Part shown: in pieces, positions 25,801-39,562 of the stretch
Layout of the letters: each line of letters opens with the position of its first letter
Numbering within the stretch: the first letter of the stretch is position 1
DNA from: Amoebophrya sp. A120
Taxonomy: Eukaryota; Protista; Dinoflagellata
NCBI GenBank assembly: GCA_905178155.1
Contig: CAJINV010000002.1
Coordinates: forward strand, 3,424,515-3,488,514
DNA length: 64,000 nt
Reading direction: 5' to 3'
Made by a program: the position numbers and the translations under genes
The notes under the pieces: model-generated
Database searches by the model: none
Seen by the model: only the letters and a program-made list of their open reading frames with translations
Told to the model about the DNA's origin: nothing

Positions 25801-28800
25801 TCTCGTGAAACAGAAGCACTACGAAGAGGAAGTGCGGCAAGACGCAGAAGCCGGGCTGGACGGAATCAGAAGAGACTTGTCCCTCGGCGAGTCCTTCTAC
25901 GAAGACGCGAAGTGGCAGGAGATCGCGCAGCCGACCGATGTGGCGAAGTTGCAAGACGTAATTCTGGAATCAAACCTGCAATCGGAGAAAGACCCGGGAC
26001 ATTACCCGCCGACGTCAGCAACTGCTACCGCATCCCCAACCGGCGTAGCAGTAGAACAAGTACCGCAACAGCAACAGCCTGCGACGAACGGCGTTTTGTC
26101 AAGCGCACCCGAACCATTACCCTCGGGAATTTTCCCGCAGCAAGAAGCACAGAAACGGAAAAAAACGTGGCAGGATTACATCGCGATAAAAAACACAATT
26201 CGTGCACTCCAGCCGCTACCGCAGCAGGCACAGCAAGGCGCTTTGGACGTCGGGACGGCAGGAGTACAACTACAACCCGAAGCCGCGGCGCAGCAACATG
26301 CGAAGAAGATGAAAAAGCTCCATACAATGAACCTGAAAGGGCACATCGCGAGATTGCAGCCGCACTTCGGGAAAGTCGAGCACGTTACTGGTGTGGATAA
26401 CGGGTTAGGATTAATGCCCGCAAAGCACGAATTCGCCGAGAAGGTCAGGGCGGGACGTAGTACAACCACTGGGGCAGGTCGTGGTACTACTATCAACAAG
26501 CCGAGCACCGTCCTTGCACAAGGGCCATCAGCTAGTACAGGAGCCAAGGCCGCCGGAATAAATCCCAGCCCGCCCGTAGTTTTTGCCAACCCCGCGGATC
26601 TACGAGCGTGGGTGCAGCAGGGTCTGCCCTTGAGTAAGGCTTTAACTGTCAGCTTAAAAGAAGAAGACGCTTCTGGTACGGAAGACGATGATACTATCCA
26701 CAGAAAATAAAACTTTCTTGTACACGTAACGACAAATGCGAATGTTGTTGCTGCATGTTGACAGATAAAACTAAAAGTTGCCTTCAACTTCATCAATGCT
26801 AGTCCGCATAAAGACGAGCTGCAGGAATTTCTAGAGTACAAAAATTTGTCATGTATTTTGTACATGTACAGGAAATTTTCATTGCATAGACCACAGCGGT
26901 TTATCCTCCCAGGTTGATTCCGAACTCCATTCTAGCTCGATGAGCGGACATGAGGACATACTTTGCGTAAAAACGTCCCCACCCCAGAGTTGTCATGCAA
27001 TTCTGCATGCCAAAAAAGTTCTTTCTCATGCGAAGCCCTATGAGAAGCATTTTCTATTCGTATTTTGGAATTTGTGGTGCTAGAATCAGAATGCTATGCT
27101 AGACCTGTGATGCTTCTGAACTAGCTAAACATAACAGGATTACACTACGAGAACAAATTTGTCATGCCAGACAACCAGGGCTGCTTGATTTGTCTAGCAG
27201 ATTTCTCATCTTGTTCTTGACTCTGGTGTCGTGGGGACGTTTTTAATCAGGATAGGACAGCGGATTCGAGTCGAGCGCCCTGGAACCGGGCGAGAGTGCC
27301 ATTGAGGGGATGGCCTCGGGTATCGTGCCTGCCTCCTCGGAAGAACCGGGAACCGCAGAGCCTGGAAGCGTGGCAGCGCCGAAAAAGAAGAAGAAAAAGC
27401 TGGTGTTGCGCGGTAAGAACATTAAAGGTACAGCAGGACCAGCAGCTGCACATCAGGGTGCAAAAGAACAACCGCCGGCTGGTGCAGCAGCTGGTGCGCC
27501 GACATCGGATTATTCGTTCAAAGCCCCAGCAGTTGTACCTCCTCCGACATTATGCATTGCAAATATGTCTGGGTCTGGAAGAGTGTAAACTTGTCATGCA
27601 GGTTTTCCATGACTCGTGAGGTCTGGAATGCGGGACCTAGCATGACAGAGTCTGTGAGGTCTCTGCCATGCCTATCCTGCATGAGAAACTCCCTTCAAAC
27701 TTGGTCGAAAGTGGACACCTTTTGGCACTCATGCAACACAGATTTCTGCATGATTCAGATTTAGCACGACAAGTTGCAATCTTCCAGACCCAGACACTTT
27801 TGCAATCCATAGACATCAAGCTTCGCCTCCAGCGCAAATGGCAGTTATGGAAACAACAAATTGCAGGAAGATGGAACAAAGGTGACAGGATCTGCAGGAA
27901 ATAATGCTCTTCTTGGCCAGCACGCCTCAGGAAATATTAATGCGCCACAAGCTCCTGCTCCGGCCCCTGGGACGGGGACCACGAGCGCCCTGACATCAGC
28001 CCAGAGTAGTTTTGGTGCGATGAGCAAGGTGCTGAGCAGCCAGCAACAACCCGGAACTACGGCTTCTAGTGTAGCGACAGCCTCGACTGCCAGCCCCACT
28101 AGTAATATTTTGCCCACTGATCTGCCACCGCTGTCGCCGAAGACTGCGTACAATTCTAGCTTGGGGATGAAGAACGTGTTCGGCGGTGGAGCAGCTGCGA
28201 CGACAACCACTAGTCCAGCAGCAGCTGCTGATAGTACTACAACTGGCGCAGCAACTACAGTCCCGGCAGATATTTCCGATCTTCCCGATGTGAAGAAAAA
28301 GAAGAAACTCGTGAAAAAGAAATCTACCACCACTGGTCTCAGCTCAGCAGTTGTTCCCAGCGCAACATCTTCAGCTGGGGCAGCTGTGCTACTTCCCCCG
28401 ACGTCTGGTGTTAGTACAGGAGCTGGTGCAGCAGCAGGAGCACCTTCCGCGAATGGCAGTGTAGCGAATAACAGTTCACTGAGCAGTCAGCAACAGACGG
28501 CACCACCGTTGTCCAGTTCGTCCGGGAACAATACGAAGCAAGTTGCCAGCGCAACAGCAGCTTCTATGGCATCTTCACAACAACATCCGGTGGACAACCA
28601 GCAAGGAGAACTCTCAGAAGGCGGACAAAGCAGCATAGGCACAGCCGGGTCTATCTCGGGGAAGAAGAAAGTTGTAAAGAGAAAAATTATGAAGAAAAAG
28701 CCCACGACGTTGAGCGGATTAGGTAGTACGCGGAGTGCAACTTCTACTCCCGGGAGCACGGTTGTCCGATCGGCGGTTGCGCCGGCTAGTACGACCTCTG

Positions 28801-30653
28801 GTGGTGTCAGTTCAGCTGTAGCTGGCACTACTATGCCCAGCACAAGGATAAGCAGCCAGCGACAGACAACGCAGCTACCGAAGCCCTCTATTTCGAATCC
28901 TTCCGCTATCCAAGACCTTAGCTCTGCCACTGTGGTTGCTGGAACTGCTACGGAGCAGCAAGACGGCGGCGCATCGAGCAGAAGTGGTGCTGCCTCCCAG
29001 TCGGAAGGGGGAAGTAGTGTGGCGAGTAGTTCTTTGAAGAAGAAGAAGAAACTTTTGAAGAAAAAGTCTACCTCCAGCGCAGTACTATTACCGGGCTCCA
29101 AACAGGCGCTGGGGTCTAAAATTTCGTCCTCTGTTGCGCCAGGGGTCTCATCCTCTTTCAAGTCGGGGGCCAGTGCTGGTACTTCCAGTACACCAGGGTC
29201 GAAACAAGCATCATCGGGACCACAAGAGCAGCAACCAGCGTCTGCTGTAGCACCCGCCGCTGCACCTCCTGCTCCGCAAGCTTTTCCGGAGAGTGCGCAC
29301 AAACACATGGATTCGCACCACGGGGAGATTGATTCACACATGTCGCTTTCGCCCGAAGTAGAGACGAGCGGAGGGGAGTCGTCCGACCCGGGTTCCGTGG
29401 AAGAAGTTACGAAAGCCGCATTGAAAGCAGCGAAGAAGAAGAAAATCCAAGAGAAGGTAATGAACAAAAAACCTTCTGACGGGGTAACAGCGACTTCGCG
29501 TCCCAGTAGTCGCAAAGTTGACGGAGCTGGTGGAAGTAGTAGATCTAGCACCAAAAACACAACCTCCGAGCAACAGAATCAAGTAGCTCGGAAGAGCAGT
29601 AAAAAATCAACCTCGCAGTCGCAGCAAGGAGAGCAAGCAGATGGCAAGCGAGTGTCCTCGAAAGAGGGCGCGGCTATCAAGCGCCAGCTCAGTGGGGAAC
29701 AACAAATAAATAAATCCAATTCCAAGGACAAACTCAAACTAAAGGACAAAGGTACTGGTAGTGTGAAGAAGAAGAAAAGCGAAATTGACGTCGCTACTTC
29801 TCCCGACGCCGGAAACGTTTCTGCCTCTGTCGCGGCGCGAGCAAGTGCAGCAGCCACAATAGCTCGGGCGAGCGCAGCAGCAGCCGCAGCCATGCCGATG
29901 CCGTCGCCTTCCTCGAGCAGGAACGAAAATAAATCGTCCGGAGTGAAAAGTAGTTCCGGGAATAATGTTTTCAAAACCGAAGGCGAAGGGATGAACACAA
30001 ACATCAATAACCCTCCTCCTCCACCGCCTTCGAAGCAGCTACCGTTGCCGCCGCAAGTGTCCGGCACGGCGGTGGCAGCACGCGGGGAACGCATCAAGAA
30101 CCCGGAGGGTGAGTCTACGTCAACCAGCGAGGACGAGAGAAAGGCGCCGTTGACGAAAAAGCAGAAGAGTTTTAATAATCGGTCAGACACGAAAAATACT
30201 AGTACAACAAATAACCCAGCTTTTGGTGGTGAGGTCAAAGTAAACGATTTTTATGCTGCAGCATCTGCAATCAATGCGGCGTCCAGGTTCGAAGTATCCA
30301 TTTCAACAAGCGGCATTAGTATGATCCCACCGCCGTCTGCAGCTGGCGGAAAAAATGACTTGCCAACAAATTATAGCCCGGCGTCTAAGAGTAGCAGTGG
30401 TACAAGCGGTCCTGGTCCTTCTTCGGTGCAAGTCTTTCCGTCCAAGACAATGTCCTCGAGTGTAGCAGCTGCAAATAAAAGCCAGAAGCAATCAACAGCT
30501 GCCCAAAATAAAGCTCCTTCCCCGCCACCGTCGGTGTTACAATCGCAGGCAAAGGGGCAAGAGTTAAACTCGCTGCAGCAGAAGATCTTTTTTGGGGTGG
30601 GGAGAACGAAAGAGATCGAGGACGAAGCTGGAGATGAAGACCCAGAAGTGTGA
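19857..30653 (+). CDS. Large single-pass membrane protein with PAN/apple-like module and long Ser/Ala/Lys-rich tail, family paralog 3 (14 inverted-repeat introns)
   Basis: ATG 19857, ALSFSVMRQRK, PPGW motif, apple-like CADSLCNNDKCLGFSFTLDPKTKNEGSCRLHS. TM exon 24113-24181 (MFVIGGIIGGVVLLIVLVCI), LMPAKHEF, and a 2.8-kb low-complexity last exon ending at 30653. Confidence 0.75.
21528..21746. mobile_element. Degenerate or singleton introners (family J and others)
   Basis: 21528-21746 and 61929-62105 (related ends), 1279-1545, 22836-23125, 58481-58842, 59314-59530. Short IRs and imperfect 5-bp repeats, but removing element+5 nt restores the frame in each case. Confidence 0.65.
24850..25066. mobile_element. 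Introner family H (TIR containing GCACAAC.CCCCCTCCCCCTCATTTGT)
   Basis: Copies 24512-24729 and 24850-25066 (GTGGA/GTGGA). Singleton 16279-16534 (GAACT/GAACT) has a related outer end. Confidence 0.85.
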
Positions 30654-32651
30654 GATAGATGAAACTGCTGGTGTTTTTACACCAAAAAAACACTCTACGA
30701 CGTACAAAGAAATCAGAGGTGGAACAAAACATCTTCATTGCACGACGACGACCAAAATTCAGGAATAAGATTTTTCGAGATCTGTTGTGTGTACCAAAAC
30801 CATGACCAATGTGAGCTTTTTAGTTTTATTTTATTCCAACATGCATCACTTTTTATTGTCACCCTGATGTCGCTTTACAAACTTTTCGATCCATCGAGAT
30901 TGGTTGCAAGCAGCAAGAAAGTTTTCCTCCCCGTGAACAAGAAAGAACCAGAACAACTTCGTACAGTAACTACTCTGAATGTTTGTGCTTGCGCTTACCG
31001 GTTAGTAGAAATAAACAAAAAAAAACCGTGGCTTTTGCTTCGACGTCCAAATGAGCTGTAAGGAGGTTAGCTGCTACTGTGGGAGTCGTGAATTTGAAAA
31101 GTGTTCGGAGGTTAATATCGCATTCGTTGTCATACCAAGCACAAACCTCGTTGGGTGCAGAAGCAGGACCAGAAGTCGTCGTTGTCGCTTGTTTTCAACA
31201 AGCCCTGTGGAAATCATCTTCGTCAATACCACTCGCTTGCCGGGAAATAAAGCATGCGATGTTGATGTAGGTTCTGGCTCTTCCTACATTTCGTGGCTGC
31301 CACTATTTCTATTTGCATCGTCTCATCTCTCGTAGAACGTAGAAAAACTTTTTTACAAATACAGTTGTCAGTGCGTTTCTGTTTCTCATCTTGCTCCTCC
31401 ATCGCGGTCGTCTAAACAATGTGGGTAGCTTGTCTTCCTCATAAAATACGAAGATTAAGATCTTCCAAGGTATTACATTGTCGTAGTTCGTTTTCGTTTC
31501 AATCTCCGGGGCCGTCGAACAGGTGTTGGAATAAACGGTCGTATTTCAGCTAAGTAGGTAGAAGCATCGTAATTGTGATCGATGATTAGTTTTGCGACTG
31601 AGTTCTTGCATTGTGGCCACCGAACTGTACGTCGTCACAAATTTCTACAAGCCTACACAGGAGAATTTTTTTTTCGCCGGTATCTCCATAAATAACTCGA
31701 CCAAACAGTAAAAGTTTGGCTAAACTTGCGAAATTTTCTACAATTTTACTCTTGCGCTGCTGTTAAACACCGACCTTGATCACAACCTTGAAGATTCTTT
31801 ATCTTTTATACTTTTCTACATCATGTCGCTGCGGCAGGTGGCTTTCCGAGAAGATGATAAAGATGTTGCTCGCGACGAGGACCACCTGTTTATTCGGATG
31901 ATGAACCGGGGGACCTCCGCTTGCCGCCTGCAGCGCTACAAGAGTTCCTGCCTCTTCCTTGCCCTTCTCGCGTCGAACGCTAGTATCAACCGCTCGGAAG
32001 CCTTCTCCATATCCTCAAACGTTCGGAACAAAAAGAAATCCAGCAAAAATTCTGGCGGGCGGAAGATCAAAGTTGGGCCGTCGACGTCCTACTCGTCGAA
32101 CAAGAAAAAAGCGAACAAAATTCAAGATGCTGACGTCTTTTTGCAGAAGGAGAATCATGTCAACAAACCTGGGGTGTTCGGAGAAGTAGATGAAGTTACA
32201 CCGACTTCTGTCAGCCACCCCGCGGCCACACCAGGTCGACGTCCCAACAGTGCGCTCGAAGTTGTTCATAATTTCGCGCAGCAGGAGCAGCAGCAGGAGG
32301 AGGAACAACGGCAATCATCCAAGGCAGGAGCTCTTCTCGCCACAACCGAGAGCCAGCGCGCTGGGCAAAAGAATCGCGGAGGACCGATCACAAATCTGCT
32401 GGAAGACTCCTGCTGTGGAGGGGGAGACGAGGTCGCGACAAGAGCAGATGAATCTTCGGAGCATGTGATTCAGTTTGATCGAACCGGTACGAACATGCAT
32501 TGCAAGTATGTGTGGGTCTGCTGGAAAATTGTGCTGCATGATGTCAAGGAGTAGTAAGTACAATGTAATGTTGCTGCAGCACCGCCAAGCATGACAGATT
32601 TTTCCGTGGCTCTGTGTTGGGTATTCCGCATGAATAAAAACGGTTGTACTA

Positions 32652-33095
32652 CAGGTATCTCAACTGTGCTTGTGGATCTCAACGTTGAGACCTCACAGCT
32701 CAACGTTGAGAAATATATCTCAACGACCAGCAGTGGTTTAGGGTTTCGGGTTCCGGCCGGCGGCGGCTGCCCTGCCCGACGACTCTCGTGTCGCTCTCCT
32801 GCGCTATTCATTGTTGCCCGGCCCGTTTTGCGCGCCCCGTTGGCTTGTGTGCATTGTGTCTCACTATGCGCGCAGCCTCTGTGCGTTTTTCTAACTATCT
32901 ATGAGCCCGCTCGCCGGCATTCGTGTTGGCGGGACCTCTGAGAGGTTTGTTGCCCGGGCTTGATGCGCACCTTCACGCCACGGAGTTCTTCTGTGCGCAG
33001 ACCGTTGAGACCAGTCGTTGAGCTCTTCGCGAATCCGTTGAGGCGTCTCAAAGCGTTGGGGCGCAACCGTTGAGATTCACTCGTTGAGATTCCTG
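32652..33095. mobile_element. TA-flanked MITE (Tc1/mariner-like ends)
   Basis: TA|CAGGTATCTCAAC ... GTTGAGATTCCTG|TA, with subterminal CTCAAC/GTTGAG repeats and no coding capacity. Confidence 0.7.
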
Positions 33096-33602
33096 TATAA
33101 CAACCAAGAAGTTTTGTTACGGGCGTTTGGAGACTCTGTTTCGGAAATGGAACAAGCGAAGCTAGCGAAGTTTTTTGACCAGAAAGGTGGCAGTAGTACA
33201 AGAACTTCTAGCAGGGATAAGAAGAAGCAAGGAGCAACAGGCCAAGCAGACGAAGATGATGTCCTTCCCCAATTTATTGAGAGGAAAAACGTCCCCACAC
33301 CAGAGTCAAGATGGGAAATCTGCTAGACAAATCAACCAGCTTTCGCTGTTTCGCATGACAACTTTGCCCTCATAGTGTGATCCTGTTTCGCTAGTTCAGC
33401 AGCATCACAGATCTGGCTTATCATGCTGATTCTATCATCACAAACTCCAAAACGCGACTAGAAAATACTTCTCATGGGGCTCCGCATGAGAGACTTTTTT
33501 GGCATGCAGATTTGCATGACAACTCTGGGGTGGGGACGTTTTTACTCAGCATAGAATTTGATTTCGATCTCACCACCTTCACCTTAGACGACGCCATGTT
33601 CC

Positions 33603-33811
33603 TATCGCCAGAAAAAACTGTTTCACTGTAAACTTGTAATGCAGAAAATGTATCCGAGAAGTATTTGTCTTGCCACACATGCAAGACAATGGATTTTTAG
33701 CTGTGTTTTCCCTTAGGAATCTCGCATGGCAAATTTTCTCTGGGATGTAGAACAAACTTGTGATGCAAAACTTGCAAAATCCTTACAGTGAAACACTTTT
33801 TTCGTGGGATA
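33603..33811. mobile_element. Introner family I (TIR TATCGC.AGAAAAAACTGTTTCACTGT)
   Basis: Copies 33603-33811 (GTTCC/GTTCC) and 44561-44785 (GAAGA/GAAGA, right end ACA). Confidence 0.85.
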
Positions 33812-36039
33812 GTTCCGGCTGAAAGTGCTCGGTTTCGCGGAAAAACAAGCCGGGTTTTTGGCGGCCAAGCTCGTGAAAAAAACCAAGGATTTGGTTGCAA
33901 CAGGAAAGTACCTTGTTTCCACCACTGGCACAGATACAACAGCCGGTGGAATTGGAGAAAATAAAGCGGAGAAAACTAAAACAGTAAGTTTTCTGCCGAC
34001 AGGAGGAGCTACTACTAGCAGTATCAATCGGTCGTCGAAGAAATTTATCCAACTCGGGCTCGAGGATCTAGAAGAGTGGCAGGACTGGGAGCAGCATTGT
34101 GACAAGCAAGACAAGGAAAAAATCAACGCCCAGGCCTTGGAAACAAAAACAGTAGCAAGGCCGTCGCAATTGAACTCGGACGGGAGTGCTGGGGGCGCCG
34201 GGGTGGAGAAAGTGGCTCTGCTAAACGGGCTAATCGGGCAGGTGCTGGAAACGACGGACTCGGAAAGAGAACAAGTTGGCAGTAAAGAGACCATATGCTC
34301 TGCAAAAGTATCGTACTCGTAGTAATTGCTGTTATGCATGACAAATCTCCTTCCAAAGGCGAAACAGCATCACAAATTTCATTTGTAATGCTAAGCCAAT
34401 TTGTGATGCAATTACTACTAGTACGATGCTTTTGCAGTTCATAGACCAACAAGCTAAACACAAACATCAAAGACCGTCGACTCAGCAGCACTTTCGAAAT
34501 CGACCTGACCGCTTTGTCGGGCACGCCGAATTTCGGGGCAAAGGAGACGGCGATATCAGCTGTAAAAATGTCTGGGTCTGGAACAAAGCAACTTGTCATG
34601 GTAAATCTGAATCATGTAAAAACCTGTGTTGCATGATTACCAAAAGCTGTCCACTTTTGACCTAATCGAGAGGCAGTTTCCCAAGCAGGATAGGCATGAT
34701 AGAACTCTCACAGAATCTGTCATGCTATGTCCTACATACCAGACCTCATGGGTCATGGAAAACCAGCATGACAAGTCTGGCACTCCTCCAGACCCAGACA
34801 CTTTTGCATTTGATAGGCGACGCAGCTGAGCAACTTTCTGGTGCTCATGCCGGCGAAAAGGAGGTATAACGAGAAAGACGGGAAGAAGAAGAAGGAAGTA
34901 AACACTTCTGCTAAAAAGTCTCTGACGGCATCGAAACGCGGCAGGGGTGAGCGCAGGAAGTCCCCCACCTCGACCCCGCAATCCACTTCGGGTCAAGACA
35001 GTGACCGGGAGCAGGACGACTTTATCTACAAGGAGAATACTGGAAGTAGAAGCAAACAAGGCAAAAGACCTGCTTCCACGACTACACCAGAGCAGAAAAA
35101 ACTCGATCTCGTCCGCGACGCCCAGCTCGCACTACAGGACGTCGGCTTTAGCAAACTAAAAGCAAGAGATCTCGCCCGGAAAATCGCCGGGTTTAGGCGG
35201 GAAGATGTGGAGGATGACATGGACTTGACCGAAGAAGAGAAGAAAATCGCGATGAAAGGGTTAAATATTTTTACCGAGAACAACATCGAAGATCTGCAGG
35301 ATTTAACCAAAGCTTTGGTTACTCACAAACCGCAATTCTTCGCCGAGGCGATGAGCTTGGAGTCGCAGAAGGAAGTGCAACAGAAGATCCTGAGCAGCGG
35401 TGTAGATGACCAGGAATTTTTTCCAATTTCGTTGTTGGAGGCAAGATGTGCGGGGGTCGTTGCGAGTAGGATTCAATCTGCAGCAAGTCCATTCGGCGGG
35501 GTGGGAATGAAAAAGGCCGCAGGAAATGCAAGTAAAACCATGTCGAGAAAGAAGAGCAATCGATGACCTTGCTCAGCTGCTTTTTTATTGAAGAACAAGG
35601 TATTTAAGAACTAGTTGTAGTCCCAACAACTGTCAATGCTCGTCACTTTAGTTCCGGTGGTATGCACCGCAACTACGGGTACGGGTAGAATTGGTTTTTT
35701 TCTAAAAATGTCCTGCTCGGTGAAACATTTTCTTGTTCTAGCTCGTTCTTTCATTGTTTTTGGGTCTGGCAAATAGAAGTAGACACTCACTTCTTGCTAG
35801 AGCTAGACAAGGTAGTACTCGCTAATTGTAATTGTCACAGCTGTATGATTTCAATTTGGAAATCCACGATGAAGATATTTACGCCATCAGGGGGGGCCTT
35901 GTTCTACTCGTCGTTCGCGTTTTTATTTCATAGGGGTGTGAAAACCGATTCTCTTTCTCTCTGCGATTGATGGTGCAGCAACCTACATGATTCATTCTAG
36001 TATCGGCCCCCTTTCGCTCCTTTCGTCCACGAAGAGCTA

Positions 36040-36290
36040 AACCATTTTTCGTAAAATCGAGCTCACTACAGGGAACGAATTTTGTCGTCCGTCTGTTTCT
36101 GTGTATCTGTATTCGGGACCTCGCATTTACTTTCAGGTTTCTAGTCGGATGAGTAAACGTTCTGCCCAGCACCCGTATTCGTCCCTTTCGAGACACCACG
36201 TACTTGGAACTACAAGCGACATAACCGTAAAACTCGAAAAAATGCCGCGCCTTAAGTGATGATGAAAATCGTCCTGAGACAGAAGATGCT
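36040..36290. repeat. Diverged dispersed repeat, second copy at ~38800-39100
   Basis: Shared blocks GAGCTC...TTTGTCGTCC.TCTGTTTC and CGTAAAA...TGATGAT.AAAATCGTC.TGA upstream of two different genes. Confidence 0.55.
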
Positions 36291-36526
36291 TGTGAGTGTG
36301 GGTTTTATGGGAGCAGAATTTTTATGCATTCACCGGATTAAAAACCGCAGTCGTTTTGTAATATAATCGACCTTGTACTTCCCGAGAAATCCTCACTCCT
36401 CCAAAGAGGTTGTATCTCCTTGAAATAACACAAACCGCCTATGTCCAATGAATCCTAAATCCTAAACCCTCAATAGCAAAAATTTTTTTTTCTCGGAAAA
36501 AAACACCAGCAACAGCTGCAAAAAAA

Positions 36527-38244
36527 ATGCACACCGTACCGCGGGACGCCTTACCGGAGCCGCGCGAGCGCCGGACGTTCCCGTTTGGCGGCACTCCGCT
36601 CCCGTCTCCCGCGCCCAGTGCCATCTCGTCGTCCCGCAGCTCGAGATCGCAGACGGCGGCGTATAAGCAGGGCGACAAACGTATGAATTGCAAATATGTC
36701 TGGGTCTGGAAGGATGCAACTTGTCATGCTAAATCCGAATCATGCAAAAATCTGTGTTGCATGAGTGGCAAAAGCTGTCCACTTTCGCCCAAAATGGGGT
36801 GGAGTTCCTCATGCAGGATAGGCATGATATTAGAGACCTCACAGAGTTTGTCATGCTAGGTCCCGAATTCCAGACCTCATGGGTCATGGAAAACCTGCAT
36901 GACAAGTTTACACTCTTCCAGACCCAGAAATATTTGTATTTGATAAAACCGGAGATCCCCTACATCCTCACCGCCGCGTATCGAAAGGAAAAATCCTCCC
37001 TCCCCATCTCGAAAACGAGACTTGTAATGCTGTAGTTGAGTACACAAGTCGACTTGTATTGCTAGAAGGCAAAGAGGCGCAGTTGTGGCCTCGTTTGCAG
37101 GCAATTTGTCATGCTGCTTCCCACTTCCAGCTGCCTCCTGTCATACTGAAGATGCAAGCCTTTCCCACGCAACCCAGCACTACAGTCCGCATCTTTTCCC
37201 TTCTAGCATGACAAAGCCAATACGTGGCCACAAATCTGCATCACAGATTTCCGGTTTGATATGGGGAGGGGGGATTTTTCCTTTCGATACAGCGGGCATT
37301 GAAATCATTGGCGAACCGGGACCGGCGTCGCGGGAATACGTCCCGTCGAAGACCCCCATCCCGAGAATCATGTATCCTGTGCAAAAGTATCGTACTCGTA
37401 TTGCAATCATGCGTTACAAATCCTGTTCTTAAGGCAAATTAGCATTTAACAAATTTTATTCCTCATGCTGTCTGAGGAAATTTGTAATGCATTTATACGA
37501 GTACGATACTTTTGCAATTCATATCGTGCGCCAAAGCCACAAACACCACCTCTACAACGCGTACAACAATTTCGGACACTGGGTATCAAATGCAATAATC
37601 TGTCTGGGTCTGGAAAGGGGAAGTCGGAGTTTGTGATGCTCCATTTGGATTCGAAAAAAGTCTGTATTGCTTGACCAGCAAGAAGAGTCGAACTTTTGCT
37701 ACGCGGACAGGGCATCTGTCTTCGTGCGGGATAGGCATCAAGAAGCCCTCAGATGAGAATCTGTGATGCTAGGCCAGACATGACAGACACAATGACTCAT
37801 GCAAAACGTGCATTCCAAACTTGCACTCTTCCAGACCCAGACATATTTGCAGTTGATACTGGGACGTCCGCAACAACATGGACCCCTTCCTGGTGGCCGA
37901 GAACGTCCCGAAATGGAGCACCACCAGCTACAACTACGGGTCGCACTACTACTATGCCCTGCAAAAGTATCGTACTCGTAGTAATTGCAATTATGCATGA
38001 GAAGTCTCTCTCTCAAGGTAAATCAGCATGAAAATTTCCATTTGTCATGCTGAGGAGCTAATTTGTATTACATCAATGTAATGCAATTGAGACTACGTAG
38101 TACGTTACTTTTGCAATCCATAACTGCCACCCCCAGCAGAAGTTCGCCCGTGGACTGAAGAACCGCATGCCGGTCTGGCAGTACGATGACAGCAGAAGGT
38201 TCTGCTACTACCCGGAAGAGAAAAACAACAAGCGTGAGTACTAG
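36527..38244 (+). CDS. Hypothetical protein, ~173 aa, six exons separated by five inverted-repeat introns
   Basis: Exons 36527-36681, 36951-36978, 37295-37372, 37529-37583, 37864-37952 and 38128-38244 total 522 nt and join into one frame ending TAG (…HLYNAYNNFGHWDVRNNMDPF…WSTTSYNYGSHY…). Confidence 0.7.
36979..37289. mobile_element. Introner family E (representative; ~310-345 bp; TIR containing GGAAAAATCCCCCCTCCCCAT)
   Basis: Copies 5097-5418 (TCTGC/TCTGC), 12025-12371 (degenerate), 36979-37289, 61322-61642 (ATGCG/ATGCG). Confidence 0.85.
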
Positions 38245-39562
38245 GAAAAACTTTGATCGTCGACGAGGAGACGCGGATGCAGGGATTGCACTTCCACTTA
38301 TGAAGAACGAAGGAAAAGTTGCACGTGCAATTGCCCGAGAAGGTGGGCAGAAATAAAAGTACTCTGGTGCTTGTTCTTTTACTCGCGAAGATGGTATCTA
38401 TGCGCCGCCCGAAAAAATACGGTTGTTACAATTGTTTTCCAAAGCTTGCCTCGGAACAACCACTAATAAGGTCGATTCGGAACAATCCTATGTTATGTCA
38501 ATTCAACTTCAATTTCTCCTAGGCCGTGTTTTAGTTTATGATTTGAACCAAGAAAATGTAAATGACCAGACACTCACTTGCTAGAACAAGCGCAAGCCAC
38601 TCGAGATGAAAAATTGTCACAACTGTACAAAAATTTTCGAAAAGACTATGGAGATACTTGCGCAAATGCGCGGCCTTGTTGTACTCGTTTGCGTTCTCAG
38701 TTCTCTGGCAGAAGTGCAAAAATCAGCTTTTTGCGCTGCAAGCCACACCCTTACTCGTTCCGTGTGGTCGTCCACGACTTGTAGTTTACGAGAAGAGTAA
38801 AAAGATTTTCGGTATTAAAACCGAGCTCTCAACAAGGGCCGAAATTTGTCGTCCATCTGTTTCCGTTTCGTCTTCACGCCCAAGTTTCTACAAACAAACA
38901 ATGTTCGGTCGCAGTCGTTCTACTGCTACTTACGCGTTTTCATCGTTGTCATCGTCATATATTCATAAAGGTTCTGCCAATCTACTGCAGTCGTCCTCTC
39001 GGAACGCGCACTATTGGAACATGAAACGAGAACGACGTCGTAAAAATTGAGAAAAATCTGTCGTGCGTTGCTTGATGATAAAAATCGTCATGACTTTCGT
39101 GTCGTTGTTGTAGGATGAACAAAAACAATACTTTTACTTATTGCATTTATCGTTATCACTTGTCGTCCTTGTACCACCTAAAATAAAATCCGCATGGGTG
39201 CAAATATCTTCGGCTTTTTCATCCCAAGCTACAGGCTGTACCACAGGCACCCCCTGACGACGACCCTGAGAACATTTATATATTGCAGCGCAAAAGCATA
39301 CGTCGCTCTGCAATACTTACAACAACCAGAAGTATTAAAGCACCTGTTTTATTGCAGCTGCCCCTTCTTTTTTCTGCAGTTTTTCTTTTTTTTAAAATTC
39401 AGCACTCACCCCCCTCTGGATTCGTTTCTTCCGGCGTCAAGTCCAGGAAGATGTACTATTTAGATTTATTCGTCTTCTCGTACAACTAGAATTCCGCTAG
39501 AGAAAAATAACTATTTTTATCGGGCGTTTTTTTTTCAGTCACAGTCAGTTGAATAAAATAAG

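Larger units (their letters stand above)
31823..35566 (+). pseudogene. Family paralog 4, apparently internally deleted (ectodomain and TM missing)
   Basis: The N-terminus resembles the paralogs (AFSISSNVRNKK). Its first introner (32494-) is cut off by a TA-flanked MITE, and the sequence resumes in the cytoplasmic part (LGFAEKQAGFLAAKL, LMPAKRRY, IEDLQDLTKALVTHKPQFF). Four intact introners follow. Confidence 0.55.

Noticed and set aside
28487-30238. Long minus-strand ORFs (357 and 219 aa)
   Set aside because: Antisense shadows of the low-complexity + strand exon 27812-30653.
32736-32751. Telomere-like TTTAGGG TTTCGGG
   Set aside because: Only about two degenerate units inside a MITE; not significant.
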